64,000 nucleotides of DNA. Origin: Nannocystales bacterium (GTDB taxonomy: Bacteria > Myxococcota_A > Polyangia > Nannocystales > Nannocystaceae). A program made the translations under genes and the position numbers. Positions 1 through 9,878 of this stretch are shown here, in pieces; the stretch's first letter is position 1, and the number at the start of each line of letters is the position of its first letter. The notes under the pieces were generated by a model that was not told where the DNA came from, made no database searches, and saw nothing but the letters and a program-made list of their open reading frames with translations. The stretch is taken from contig JBOEGF010000018.1 in assembly GCA_050633305.1 (NCBI GenBank), forward strand, positions 352,001 through 416,000. The letters run 5' to 3'.

Positions 1-901
1 CGTAGTCCGGGCTTTGCTGCGGATCCTCGCCATAGAACTCGGTGGCTGCCTTGCTGATCTTCTCGACGAGTTCGGCTCGCACGGAGCTGTGGGCGAGGAC
101 GTAGTCCGGCGCAATGCAGGTCTGACCGGTGTTGAACCACTTGCCCCACGCGATGCGCTTGGCCGCGACGTCGATGTCGGCGCTGGGGGTGACGATCGTC
201 GGACTCTTGCCCCCGAGCTCGAGGGTGACCCGGCTGAGATGCTCTGCGCCAGCTTTTGCGTAGATGCGTCCGACGTCCGTGCCCCCCGTGAAGAAGATGT
301 GGTCCCACCGGTGCTCGAGCAGCGCTTGGGATGTTTCGATTCCGCCCTCGACGGTGGCGACCCACGCGGGGTCGAAGGCATCATCGATGATGGCTTTGAC
401 GACGGCCGATGACGCGGGCGCGAGCTCCGAGGGCTTGACCACGCAGATGTTGCCCGCAGCGACTGCACCAACGAGGGGAGCGAGCGAGAGCTGCACGGGG
501 TAGTTCCACGGGCCCACGATCAGCGTCGCTCCAAGTGGCTGGGAGACCAGCATGCTTCGCGAAGGGGCTGCGGCCAGCGGCGAGAACATCTTCTTGGGGC
601 GCATCCACTTGCCGACCGATTTGATCGCGTTGCGGAGTTCGCCCGTGACGTAGCCGACTTCAGAGAGGTAGGCCTCGGTCGAGGGGCGATGCATGTCTTC
701 ATGCAGCGCGTCGATGATGTCCGGCTCGTGCTTCTGAACCGAGGCGAGGAACGCCCGCAGCGCCTCTTCTCGAGCCTCTCGGGGCAGCGTGTGGCCGGCC
801 GCGAAGTACTTTCGCTGCGTCTCGAGCACCGATGCGATCGCGGGCGCGACGTCAGCCGCGGTGGCGGGGCTGGTGGGGCTTTGTCGAGAACCGTCCGGCA
901 T
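1..901 (-). CDS. Aldehyde dehydrogenase (ALDH3/coniferyl aldehyde dehydrogenase-like), 3' end outside window
   Basis: Manual translation (not in ORF track) MPDGSRQ...IVGPWNYP...VVKPSE...FFTGG...TLELGGKSP...FNTGQTCIAPDY: ALDH NAD-binding and catalytic Glu/Cys motifs. Confidence 0.95.
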   Translation of the reverse strand, partial: MPDGSRQSPTSPATAADVAPAIASVLETQRKYFAAGHTLPREAREEALRAFLASVQKHEPDIIDALHEDMHRPSTEAYLSEVGYVTGELRNAIKSVGKWMRPKKMFSPLAAAPSRSMLVSQPLGATLIVGPWNYPVQLSLAPLVGAVAAGNICVVKPSELAPASSAVVKAIIDDAFDPAWVATVEGGIETSQALLEHRWDHIFFTGGTDVGRIYAKAGAEHLSRVTLELGGKSPTIVTPSADIDVAAKRIAWGKWFNTGQTCIAPDYVLAHSSVRAELVEKISKAATEFYGEDPQQSPDY

Positions 902-908
902 CCTTCGA

Positions 909-936
909 ATGTTAGTGACCCCCGGTCATTTGTCAA
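909..936 (-). promoter_or_regulatory. Sigma70-type promoter of ALDH (TTGACA-N16-TAACAT) with palindromic operator TGACC-ccc-GGTCA (916-928) in the spacer
   Basis: Perfect -35 at 931-936 and -10 at 909-914, 7 nt before the ATG; the inverted repeat lies between divergent ALDH and TetR. Confidence 0.75.
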
Positions 937-958
937 TCAGGCTGGTATCGTGACGACG

Positions 959-1558
959 ATGAGCGTTCGGCGGCGCGCGGATGTGGAGTCCTCGCGAACA
1001 TCGATTCTCGATGCGGCCCAACGGCTGTTCCTCGAACACGGGTATGCGGGAACGTCGATGAGCGAGATCGCCAAGGCGTCCGGGGTGACCAAGAGCCTCA
1101 TCCATCATCACTTCGGTACGAAGGACGCGCTGTGGCAGATGGTCAAGCGCTCCGCGTTCGCCGCCTACCACGCAAGGCAGAAGGAACTGCTTGCAGGCCA
1201 TCCGCTCACGGTCGAAACCGCCAAGGCCTCGATGCGGATCTACTTCGAATTCCTCGCTGAGAACCCTCAGGTTCTTCGGATGATGTGGTGGATGCTGCTC
1301 GGCAACGAAGACGATCGCTCCAACGAGTTGGTTGCCGAGCTTGGTGAGCTTGGCGTGGCCCAGATTCGCGGGCTGCAGGACGAAGGGCTCATTCGGCGTG
1401 ATCTCCGGCCCGAGTCGGTCCTGTGTGGATTCCTGGGGCTTATCCACTCGGCCTTCACCGAGGATTGGTTGCTGACCTTCCGTGGCGTTTCGCCGACGGC
1501 CTACATCGACGAGGCGTGGGAGATGTTCGCGCACGGGGTCATGCTCGATCGGCAGTGA
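959..1558 (+). CDS. TetR/AcrR family transcriptional regulator
   Basis: ILDAAQRLFLEHGYAGTSMSEIAKASGVTKSLIHHHFGTKDAL HTH; ATG 959. Confidence 0.93.
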   Translation: MSVRRRADVESSRTSILDAAQRLFLEHGYAGTSMSEIAKASGVTKSLIHHHFGTKDALWQMVKRSAFAAYHARQKELLAGHPLTVETAKASMRIYFEFLAENPQVLRMMWWMLLGNEDDRSNELVAELGELGVAQIRGLQDEGLIRRDLRPESVLCGFLGLIHSAFTEDWLLTFRGVSPTAYIDEAWEMFAHGVMLDRQ

Positions 1559-2304
1559 CTCGCCGCAGAGTTTGCCGGCCACAGGCTCGCGGGTTGGCTC
1601 ACCGTGACGGTGTGCTCCCCCGATTTGCAGTGATCGCCGTGCTGGCCGTTTGCACCTGCGCCCATGGTGAGCCGGAGCCGGTCCAGCCTCCGACCGCCGA
1701 GCCCGAGCAGCCGTTGAGTACGGCGTCGATGGAGCATCACTTCGAAGAGGCCGATGAGATGCGTCGGGCCGCGTTTCGTGGGGAGGTCGACACCGTTCGA
1801 GAGGTGGCGAAGGCGTTTGGAGCTCGGGTCGCGGAATCGACCTACCCGCAACCGTGGGGTCCCGCGGTCGAACGGCTGGAGGGGGTTCTCGCCGCCGCCG
1901 CCACGGTCGACGACGTCCGCAGCACGGCGAGCCTGATCGGCGAGGTGGGAGCATCGTGCGGGGCATGTCATCGTGAGAACAATGTCCCGGTCGAGCGCGA
2001 GTGGCCGATCGAAGCGGACCCCGAGCATCGAATGGATACGTTCGACTATGCGACCGAGCTGTTGTGGCTGGGGTTGATCGTACCCTCGGACGAAGCGTGG
2101 GGACGAGGCGCGGACGCGTACCACGCGGCGCTGAGCTGCGAGGGATTCGAGTCGGTTCCGGTAGGACCCGTACACATGAGTGCCTGTAGCAGCGCGCGGG
2201 CGACGGGGGCTTCGGTGGTCCGGGCGGGCGACGAGGCATCGCGCAGTCGGGCGTTTGCGGATGTGGTCCTGCACTGCGCCGGTTGCCATTCTCAGGGCTC
2301 CTAG
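1555..2304 (+). CDS. Exported di-heme c-type cytochrome (cytochrome c'-like helical repeats)
   Basis: Hydrophobic signal followed by Cys; CGACH and C-terminal CAGCH motifs; start GTG 1555 (GTGA overlap with tetR) or GTG 1612. Confidence 0.7.
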   Translation: MTRRRVCRPQARGLAHRDGVLPRFAVIAVLAVCTCAHGEPEPVQPPTAEPEQPLSTASMEHHFEEADEMRRAAFRGEVDTVREVAKAFGARVAESTYPQPWGPAVERLEGVLAAAATVDDVRSTASLIGEVGASCGACHRENNVPVEREWPIEADPEHRMDTFDYATELLWLGLIVPSDEAWGRGADAYHAALSCEGFESVPVGPVHMSACSSARATGASVVRAGDEASRSRAFADVVLHCAGCHSQGS

Positions 2305-2368
2305 GGGCTTTCCGCGGAGAAGATCACTTTCTTGTGATCCAAACGGCCGGTTTGGTCTCTACCCCCGC

Positions 2369-3346
2369 GTGCGCCAAACTTGGTTGTTGCTGTTCGTCCT
2401 GCCCGGATGTTTTGAATCACCCACGAACTCCATCTCGCTCGACGACGACGACGACGACCCGATGAGCATGACCACCGGTGCGAGTTCATCGAGCGCGGGG
2501 ACGAGCCCGACGCCCGGGGGGAGTACATCTTCGATGGGCACGAGCTCCGTTGGCTCCTCGTCGTCGCCGGAGGCGGATTCGTCTCCCGGCTCGACGAGCG
2601 ATGACCCCGCCTCGGCCGGAAGCGTGGCGTCATCTGGGGAGCGCACCACATCGAGTACGTCCGCAGAGTCGCTCGAGGGCTCGACGAGCGACGAAGCCGG
2701 GACGACGGGCGGGACCCCCGACTCTTGCGGCGACGGCGTGCTCGAGGACGACGAGGTGTGTGACGAGGGCGAGAACAACGGCGTCGAGGCGGGGGACTGC
2801 GCTCCGGACTGCAGTGCGTTGATTCAGGAGCGCATGATCGTCGTCGCCACGACCAACTTGGCGTCCTCGTTCGCCCTCGGAAGCGACACCGTGGTTGGGG
2901 TCGTCGATGACGCATGCGTCGCCGAGTTTGGGGCGGGTGCCGTGTCGATGTTCGCGCACGGAGATGAACGCCGCGCGACGGTGGGCCCCTACGCCGGAGA
3001 CGGAGCGATCGACTGGGTCCTCGAGCCGTGGACCCGATACGTCAACGACGCGGACGAGCTGGTGTGGACCACCGAGTCCATCGCGTTGTTGGGTGTGGAT
3101 GGGGCAGGGGGTACTCACGACCTGCTGCACCCGCTTTGGCTCTCGCCGGAGAACAACCCCGCGTTCACCGGGATGAACACGGACTGGACCACCCAGGAAG
3201 ACGCCGATTGCAACGGGTGGACGATGCCCGCGGGCGGGACGATGGCGTCGGGCAACCCTTGGTTTGTCGGAGATTGGGATTTCTTACGGCTGCCCGGGAC
3301 GTCCAACTGTGGCAACAGCCGCGGGTTCTACTGCGTCCTGCCCTGA
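2369..3346 (+). CDS. Lipoprotein: Ser/Thr linker, Myxococcus Cys-rich repeat, DUF1554-like C-terminal domain
   Basis: Lipobox LPGC; CGDGVLEDDEVCDEG repeat; DWVLEPWTRYVN...TGMNTDWT...CNGWT...FYCV. Confidence 0.75.
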   Translation: MRQTWLLLFVLPGCFESPTNSISLDDDDDDPMSMTTGASSSSAGTSPTPGGSTSSMGTSSVGSSSSPEADSSPGSTSDDPASAGSVASSGERTTSSTSAESLEGSTSDEAGTTGGTPDSCGDGVLEDDEVCDEGENNGVEAGDCAPDCSALIQERMIVVATTNLASSFALGSDTVVGVVDDACVAEFGAGAVSMFAHGDERRATVGPYAGDGAIDWVLEPWTRYVNDADELVWTTESIALLGVDGAGGTHDLLHPLWLSPENNPAFTGMNTDWTTQEDADCNGWTMPAGGTMASGNPWFVGDWDFLRLPGTSNCGNSRGFYCVLP

Positions 3347-3362
3347 CCGAAGCGACCGGGTC

Positions 3363-3767
3363 CTACAAGAACTCGCGGGCGACCATCGCGTGTCGCATCA
3401 GGGTCCGGTACTCCTGGGGTCCGATTCGCAAGGACTGTGCAATGCGGGCCATCAGCGCATCCTCTTCATCGACGATCTCGCCGTCGGCACTCGCGATCGC
3501 GAACGCCACGGACAACACGAGGCGCTTTTGCTCGTGCTCGAGGCTGTCGGCGTGTTCTGCCAAGAGATCGTGAAGTCGGACCCCGCTGGCGACTTGCTCG
3601 TTGATCAGAGCCACGATGGCTTCCGGTTCCAGCGTCCGCTTGAACCGTCGACGCATGATCCACTGGATGCGGACCAACTCGTTCGTGTCGACGTGACCGT
3701 CGACCCTCGTCATCAGGACCATCGCACGCCGCAGCAGAGTCGCGAAACGGTCCTCGTCCAACACCAC
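3363..3767 (-). CDS. TerB-like (tellurite resistance/DjlA N-terminal-like) protein
   Basis: Two DG..D..E motifs (VDGHVDTNE, ADGEIVDEE); true start may be GTG 3764. Confidence 0.8.
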   Translation of the reverse strand: MVLDEDRFATLLRRAMVLMTRVDGHVDTNELVRIQWIMRRRFKRTLEPEAIVALINEQVASGVRLHDLLAEHADSLEHEQKRLVLSVAFAIASADGEIVDEEDALMARIAQSLRIGPQEYRTLMRHAMVAREFL

Positions 3768-3836
3768 GTTTAATCTACCACCACCTTGTCAGCTCGCAGT
3801 TCGCTGCTACGTTGGCGAGCTGTTGGAGTCCCCCTC

Positions 3837-4271
3837 ATGGATGATCTGCACATCAAGACGCCCGCGGGCGCGCTGGTTGTCCCTGCGCGCGACATGTCGT
3901 GGACGGCGGCCCGGTCTTCCGGGCCCGGAGGGCAGAACGTCAATCGTGTCGCGTCCAAGGTCGACCTGCGTTTCGATCTCGCGGCCAACGAATCGCTGAG
4001 CCCCCAGCTTCGGGCGCGCATTGCCGAGCGATGCTCGACCCGGATCGATGCACGGGGGCGGCTCGTCGTCGTGTCGCAGTCGGCCCGTACCCAAGCCGGA
4101 AATCTGGCGTTGGCTCGTGAGCGACTCGCTGAGATCATCGAAGGGGCCACGCACGTGCGCAAGACGCGTCGAAAAACCAAGCCGTCCCGCGGCTCGGTCC
4201 GGCGTCGCCTCGAGGCGAAGAAGAAGACCTCCGAGAAGAAGTCTGCCCGCCGCTATACCCCGGAGTCCTGA
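3837..4271 (+). CDS. arfB: Alternative ribosome-rescue peptidyl-tRNA hydrolase ArfB
   Basis: RSSGPGGQNVNRVASKV GGQ motif; basic C-terminal tail RKTRRKTKPSRGSVRRRL. Confidence 0.93.
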   Translation: MDDLHIKTPAGALVVPARDMSWTAARSSGPGGQNVNRVASKVDLRFDLAANESLSPQLRARIAERCSTRIDARGRLVVVSQSARTQAGNLALARERLAEIIEGATHVRKTRRKTKPSRGSVRRRLEAKKKTSEKKSARRYTPES

Positions 4272-4290
4272 GGCCGAGGCACGGCGGCTG

Positions 4291-5415
4291 CTAGAAGTGC
4301 AGCGCCAATCCGGTGGCCGTGGGCTCGATCGCAACCTTGGGCGGGGGCTCCGTGCGGGGCGTGTCCGCTCCTTCTTTGGGGTCGGCCTCCGGGGTCGCGA
4401 GCGTGCGTCGCTCCAGCACACCACCGCCGACTCGCAACCCGATGCCGATCGGCAGGAAGACCGCCGCTGCGATCAGCCCGCCAAAGCCCACCTGACCAGA
4501 CAGCAGGAAGCCATTTCGGCGACGTCTGTCTTCCTCGGCGGTCGCAAGGGTCGGCGAGTTGGGATCGCCGGTGGATGAGTTGTCGAGCACAACCTTGTAC
4601 GCGGTCCGTGCGAGCGCGCCTCCGAGACCCACTCCAGCCGCGGTTGCACCGACCACGATGAGCCCGATGCCCGCGCCGTTGAGACGACGCGCTGAAGCGA
4701 GCTTCTTCTCTCGTTCGATGCGTCGCTTCTCGAGAGCTTCGAGTTCGTCGGCACTGGGACCGTTGACGATCACCCGGTTGCGCTCGGCCTCCTTGTTCTC
4801 TTCGAGCTCGATCTGCGCTTCGAGCTTCTCGATCATGTTTTGCACGTAGTCCGCTTCTCGGGCGCTGTAGCTCGAGTCGGTGTTCATGCGTTTTTGGTAG
4901 TTGATGAAGAAGCTCTTGGACTGGCGGAGGTGGTCGATGTCCGGATCGAGCTCGTACCAGCGGCGGTGGGCCTGCCCCAAGTTGAACAGGAGCTGGGGCA
5001 CGGGCGCCAGCTTCCAGGCGGTCTCAAACTTGGAGATCGCATCTTCGTACTGGCCCAGCTCGTAGAACATCGAGCCTTCTCGGAACAGCGCTGCCGCTTC
5101 TTGTTCCGCGGGATCGGGCTCCTCGGCGACCGGCTCTCCGGGGGGCGGCTCGGCCGGGGCGGTGTCGCTCGGTTCGCCGTCTGCGGAGGCCTCATCGGTG
5201 GGCTGCTCCGCCGTGGGGTCGCCGTCGGAGGGCGTGTCCTCTGGGGTCGCAGTGGGTTCGGCCGACTCTGGGGCCGCAGCGGGTTCGGCCGACTCTGGTG
5301 CCGCGTCGTCGGACGGGGGCGCGGCCCAGGCCACTGAACTCTGAAGGACGGCAGCAGCGCAGAGACCGGCGCAGGTGCGGGCGAAGGCGATGTTGGGCGT
5401 TCGCTTCATGGTCAT
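4291..5415 (-). CDS. Exported TPR-repeat protein with C-terminal hydrophobic segments
   Basis: Signal peptide, Pro/Glu linker, TPR helices (FYELGQYEDAISKFETAW...LLFNLGQAH); ATGA overlap with upstream gene. Confidence 0.75.
   Translation of the reverse strand: MTMKRTPNIAFARTCAGLCAAAVLQSSVAWAAPPSDDAAPESAEPAAAPESAEPTATPEDTPSDGDPTAEQPTDEASADGEPSDTAPAEPPPGEPVAEEPDPAEQEAAALFREGSMFYELGQYEDAISKFETAWKLAPVPQLLFNLGQAHRRWYELDPDIDHLRQSKSFFINYQKRMNTDSSYSAREADYVQNMIEKLEAQIELEENKEAERNRVIVNGPSADELEALEKRRIEREKKLASARRLNGAGIGLIVVGATAAGVGLGGALARTAYKVVLDNSSTGDPNSPTLATAEEDRRRRNGFLLSGQVGFGGLIAAAVFLPIGIGLRVGGGVLERRTLATPEADPKEGADTPRTEPPPKVAIEPTATGLALHF
5254..5307. repeat. 27-bp near-identical tandem duplication in coding linker (APESAEPAA)
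   Basis: gggttcggccgactctggggccgcagc / gggttcggccgactctggtgccgcgtc. Confidence 0.7.
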
Positions 5416-6308
5416 CCTCCCGTCGTGGCGGAGGTGCTCACGCCATCGGTGTCGGTGTCGGTGTCCTCGTCCATGCACTCCGCGAGCGCGTCTTCCAGCG
5501 CGTTTTCGCAGAGCTGGTCCGCCGCGGTCTTGCCCTCGGCATCGGGAATGCAGACCGTTCCCGACCTCCAGGCGAGGCCATCAGGCCCGAAGAAACGCTC
5601 GAAGTCGTCGGCTTCGTCGGTCTCGAACTTGGGTCGCCCGTCCTGGAAGCACATGTCGAACACCTGCTGACAGGCGGGCGGCTGGTTGCAGAACTGGCAC
5701 TCGCCCGCAAGCTCGTCGATGTCACGGCAGCTCGGGGAATCGCAGCTGCTGCACCGGAGGACGACGGTGACGTCCTCGGGCTTGGAGACGACGAACTCGC
5801 CGTCCGGGTTGCCATCTCCGTCCACATCGCCGTCCGGGGCCACGTTCCGAGCGACCGCGAACTGCTGGGTTTCAATCTTGTGGCACAGCGGCGGCACTTG
5901 GTCGCAGATGTTGGCGTCGACGACGTAGCCGAACTGGATGCGGCCGCGCTCCTCACCCTCGAGCCCGTCGATGAACGTCCACTGAATCTCGTCCGAGCCG
6001 GGAAACTGGATGCCGCCCCCGACCACGTTGCTGTGGTCTGCGGAAAACTCGAGGTCGACCGTGAAGGCTTGCCCCGGGTTTGCAACGATGACGTCCTCGT
6101 TGGAGATGATGCTGACCGACTCGTCGAACGCGGGATCGAGCAGCGGACCTTGAGGATCGCCGGTGTTGAACGGGGAACCGTCGGTTCCGCCGGACTGTCC
6201 CGCGAGGATCTCGGCGGGGTTGCCGTCGCCGGGGTACGGGGTGAGGAGACCGCACCCAACCCCCGCGGCCAGTCCGCCGAGCACGTAGACCAAGAAGCCC
6301 CGTTGCAT
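5412..6308 (-). CDS. Cys-rich acidic lipoprotein, hypothetical
   Basis: MQRGFLVYVLGGLAAGVGC lipobox; DGDVDGDG Ca-binding-like loop; many Cys. Confidence 0.7.
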   Translation of the reverse strand: MQRGFLVYVLGGLAAGVGCGLLTPYPGDGNPAEILAGQSGGTDGSPFNTGDPQGPLLDPAFDESVSIISNEDVIVANPGQAFTVDLEFSADHSNVVGGGIQFPGSDEIQWTFIDGLEGEERGRIQFGYVVDANICDQVPPLCHKIETQQFAVARNVAPDGDVDGDGNPDGEFVVSKPEDVTVVLRCSSCDSPSCRDIDELAGECQFCNQPPACQQVFDMCFQDGRPKFETDEADDFERFFGPDGLAWRSGTVCIPDAEGKTAADQLCENALEDALAECMDEDTDTDTDGVSTSATTGG

Positions 6309-6704
6309 CGGCTCTCGTATATCACGCGCGCGCTCGACGGCGCGGGTTGTGTCGGCAGCTAAATGCCGGAAAGATCTTCGGAAAGCCTGTTTCGTCGGTT
6401 CGGGCCCCGCCCGGTCGACCGCTCTCATTGCGGTGTCAGGTCCCGAGAAAACCAGCCTCGTCGGGGGCTCGGGGTTCTCCGCAGAACGCGGGAGGCGTTG
6501 GCGTTGGTCGGGTTGCCGCACTGGCGGGTTCACGCTGTTGGACACGGAGGTCTACAGGGCGCTCTCGTGATCGTGGGTGTTCGGAATAGCGCAGACGGGC
6601 TGAGCAGCGGAACGCGTGAGGATGCCCGGGGGGCGCGCACGCTGCGGCGGGCTGGGACGCCGGAGAGGCGCGCCCGAACGGCGGCCTGATATCTTCCCCG
6701 CCTC

Positions 6705-9230
6705 ATGCGGAACGCTTGGCCTTACATGGTGATCTTGGCGCTCTCGGGCGCAACGGCGTGCACCGATTCGGGCGATGGAAACAGCTCCTCGGACACCGAT
6801 TCGAACAGCGACTCGTCCCCGACGAACACCGAGGGTACGGATACCGAGGACACCGACACCGAGGGCACGGACACCGACGGAACGGACACCGACGACCCGA
6901 GCGGAGGCGGCGAGGTCACCGAGTGCGGGACGATGCTCGAGCCGCCGACCAACGGCACCTGCTCGGTCAACGGAGGCGGAGGCGGGGGCATCGTTCTGCG
7001 CGGGAACATCTTGGCTCCCGAGGACACGCTTCGCGGAGGGGAGGTCTTCGTCGACGCGAGTGGACGCATCGCATGCGTGGACTGCGATTGCAGCGGAACG
7101 CCCGGCTATGACGCTGCGGCGGTGGCTACGTGCGCCGACGCTGTGATCAGCCCGGGACTGATCAACCCGCATGAGCACCTCGGATTTGCGGCGAACCGTC
7201 CGATTGGCGATGGACCGCAGCGCTACGACCACCGTCACGAGTGGCGGACGGGCGCGGGCGGGAATATCGAGCTTTCCGTCGACGGGGGTGCCTCCCAGGA
7301 AGAGGTCCTCGCCGCGGAGCTCCGCTATCTGATGAGCGGCGTCACCTCGATCGCAGGTGCGGGCGGAGAGTCGGGCTTGATTCGGAACCTAGACATCTCG
7401 CCGTTGCTCGAGGGGCTTCCGGTCGCGGCGGTGAACACCGACACGTTCCCGCTCGATGACGCGAACGGAACGATGATCGAGCAGGGGTGCAACTACGGCA
7501 ACGGAGCGACGACGGCGTCTCAGATCGCTGGCGAGTCAGCCTACCTGCCGCACATCGCCGAGGGCATCAACCAGGCCGCGCGCAACGAGTTGACGTGCAC
7601 CAGCATGGGCAACCTCGACTTGGTCGCTCGGCAAACGGCGGTTGTGCACGCGGTGGGCGTGGGCGCGGCCGAGGCCCAACTGCTGGGAGACGACTTCACA
7701 CGCGTGGTGTGGTCGCCGCGCTCCAACGTCGTGCTGTATGGCAACACCGCTCCGGTCACGCTGCTCGACCGCATGGGCGTCGCGCTTTCGTTGGGGACCG
7801 ACTGGGTCGCCTCCGGTTCGATGAACATGCTGCGCGAGCTCCGGTGCGCGGATGAGCTCAACGACAACTACTACGACGGCTACTTCTCGGACGCGGACCT
7901 GTGGAAGATGGTCACGACCAACGGGGCCCTGGCCACGGGCACCCACGAGGCGATCGGGATGCTGAAGCCCGGGTACGTCGCCGACATCGCTGTGTACGCG
8001 ACGGGCGACCGCGTGGACCATCAGGCGGTCGTGGAAGCCGAGTTGCCCGATGTCGTGCTCGTGATGCGGGGCGGAGATGCTCTGTACGGCGACGACGCTG
8101 TCATGGCATCGGCCGGCGTGGGGAAGGGGAACTGCGAGGCCTTGGACGTCTGCGGTACCGCCAAGCGGGCCTGTGTGGCCGACGATGCGGGCCCTTCGCT
8201 TCAAGCGGTGCAAGGTGCCATCGAGAGCACGTACCCGTTGTTCTACTGCGACGTTCCGCAGAACGAGCCTTCGTGCGTTCCCACGCGGCCCGAGTACGCG
8301 GGCATTCAAGACGGTGACGCGGATGGTGACGGCGTCGGGAACGAGACCGACAACTGCCCGAGCATCTTCAACCCGGTCCGGCCGCTTGAGCAGGCTCAAG
8401 CCGACGCCGACCAAGACGGAACGGGTGACGTCTGCGACGTGTGCCCGCTCGATGGCGGGGACGCGTGCGCGGGCCTCGAGGGCGCCGACCTCGACGCGGA
8501 TGGGGTGCTCAACGGAGACGACAACTGCCCGCTGCAGCCCAACGCCGATCAGGCGGATGCCGACGAGGATGGCAAGGGAGATGTCTGCGATTCGTGTGGT
8601 GAGTCCAACCCCGGCGCGTCGGGTTGCTCCGCGACGATCGCCGCCATCCGGAATCCCGACCACCCGGCTCACCCCAACGAAGGCACGCCAGTCACCGTGA
8701 GCGGGGTCTACGTCACAGCCGTTCGCGACGACGGTTCTGGCTTCGTGATCCAGGACGACTCCCTTGAGCCTTGGACGGGAATCACCGCCTTCGGTTCCTC
8801 GGCCGGGCTTCAGGTCGGCGACCGGGTCACCGTTTCAGGAACCTACGCGGAGTTCTTCGACCTCAGCCAGATCGAAGACGCCGCAGCGACCGTCGAAGCC
8901 TCTGGCGCTTTGCCGTTCGACGCGGTCGCCTTCGACGTCGCGGACCTCGTCTCGGGGCCGGATGCCGAGTCCTACGAGTCCATGCTCGTGAGCATCGGCG
9001 GCGTTTCGATCACCACGATGAACCCCGACGACCCCGAAGACTTCGACGAATTCGAGGTCTCTGGCGGCTACCGGGTCGATGACCAGCTCTTTGGTGCGCT
9101 GGACAACGTATGCGCCGACGGCGAGACGTTCGACGGAATCATTGGGGTGCAGACCTACAGCTTCGGCAACTACAAGCTGCTGCCACGCGACGCGAGCGAC
9201 TTCGACAACGCATCGTGCACGCCCTTCTGA
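6705..9230 (+). CDS. Lipoprotein amidohydrolase with thrombospondin type-3 repeats and C-terminal OB-fold-like domain
   Basis: Lipobox ATAC; PGLINPHEH, PHIAEG, VVHAV, GTDW metal ligands; DADGDGVG..DNCP repeats; GDRVTVSGTYAEFFDLSQI OB-fold. Confidence 0.85.
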   Translation: MRNAWPYMVILALSGATACTDSGDGNSSSDTDSNSDSSPTNTEGTDTEDTDTEGTDTDGTDTDDPSGGGEVTECGTMLEPPTNGTCSVNGGGGGGIVLRGNILAPEDTLRGGEVFVDASGRIACVDCDCSGTPGYDAAAVATCADAVISPGLINPHEHLGFAANRPIGDGPQRYDHRHEWRTGAGGNIELSVDGGASQEEVLAAELRYLMSGVTSIAGAGGESGLIRNLDISPLLEGLPVAAVNTDTFPLDDANGTMIEQGCNYGNGATTASQIAGESAYLPHIAEGINQAARNELTCTSMGNLDLVARQTAVVHAVGVGAAEAQLLGDDFTRVVWSPRSNVVLYGNTAPVTLLDRMGVALSLGTDWVASGSMNMLRELRCADELNDNYYDGYFSDADLWKMVTTNGALATGTHEAIGMLKPGYVADIAVYATGDRVDHQAVVEAELPDVVLVMRGGDALYGDDAVMASAGVGKGNCEALDVCGTAKRACVADDAGPSLQAVQGAIESTYPLFYCDVPQNEPSCVPTRPEYAGIQDGDADGDGVGNETDNCPSIFNPVRPLEQAQADADQDGTGDVCDVCPLDGGDACAGLEGADLDADGVLNGDDNCPLQPNADQADADEDGKGDVCDSCGESNPGASGCSATIAAIRNPDHPAHPNEGTPVTVSGVYVTAVRDDGSGFVIQDDSLEPWTGITAFGSSAGLQVGDRVTVSGTYAEFFDLSQIEDAAATVEASGALPFDAVAFDVADLVSGPDAESYESMLVSIGGVSITTMNPDDPEDFDEFEVSGGYRVDDQLFGALDNVCADGETFDGIIGVQTYSFGNYKLLPRDASDFDNASCTPF

Positions 9231-9297
9231 GCGGCTGACCCCGGGGGCCGGGTCCCGTCTTTTGACGTGCGCCCGGACCCTGTGGCACACCGGGCCC

Positions 9298-9795
9298 GTG
9301 GCCAACAACCTTGCCCGGGAGGCCGTCGATTTCGGCTTTCGCACCGCCTACAAAACGGCGCACCGGATGCTCCGTGCCTACTGGGGGATTCGCAACCCGC
9401 AGACCCACGGGGCCCTGATCGCCGCCTGGTACGACGGCCAGATCTTGCTGGTGAAGAACTCGTATCGGGCCGAGTACACGTTGCCCGGTGGCTACGTACG
9501 CGCCGGCGAAACGCCGGAACAAGGCGCGGCTCGGGAGCTTCGCGAGGAGGTCGGCGTCGACGTTTCGCCCGCTGACCTGAGTCTCGCCTACGAAGACACC
9601 AAGCCCTACGAGAACCGTCGCGACCACGTGACCATCTGCGAGGTCAAGCTCGAGCGGCCGATCGAGCTCGCGGTCGACAACCGCGAGGTCGTTTGGGCGG
9701 GATTCCGACGCCGCGATGAGGTGCTCTCGCTGCCGATCGTTCCGCACCTGCGCGAGTACCTGACCGCATCCCAAGAGCGCACCGGCGACAATTGA
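9298..9795 (+). CDS. NUDIX hydrolase
   Basis: Nudix box LPGGYVRAGETPEQGAARELREEVG. Confidence 0.92.
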   Translation: MANNLAREAVDFGFRTAYKTAHRMLRAYWGIRNPQTHGALIAAWYDGQILLVKNSYRAEYTLPGGYVRAGETPEQGAARELREEVGVDVSPADLSLAYEDTKPYENRRDHVTICEVKLERPIELAVDNREVVWAGFRRRDEVLSLPIVPHLREYLTASQERTGDN

Positions 9796-9878
9796 AAGAA
9801 CCTGAGCTCGAGCGGGGTGGAGACCCGACCGAGCCCAGGCTCTTTCCTGGGCGGAGGCTTCGCGCTGGGCGAAGCCTC
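9794..9878. terminator. Tandem hairpins (9794-9846 and 9854-9878), likely terminating both NUDIX and the opposing ncRNA
   Basis: gaaagaacctgagctcg...cgagcccaggctctttc and gaggcttcgc-gctgg-gcgaagcctc. Confidence 0.6.

Noticed and set aside
6309..6704. 400-bp gap containing short ORFs
   Set aside because: No coding motifs or recognisable RNA structure; best explained as a divergent promoter region
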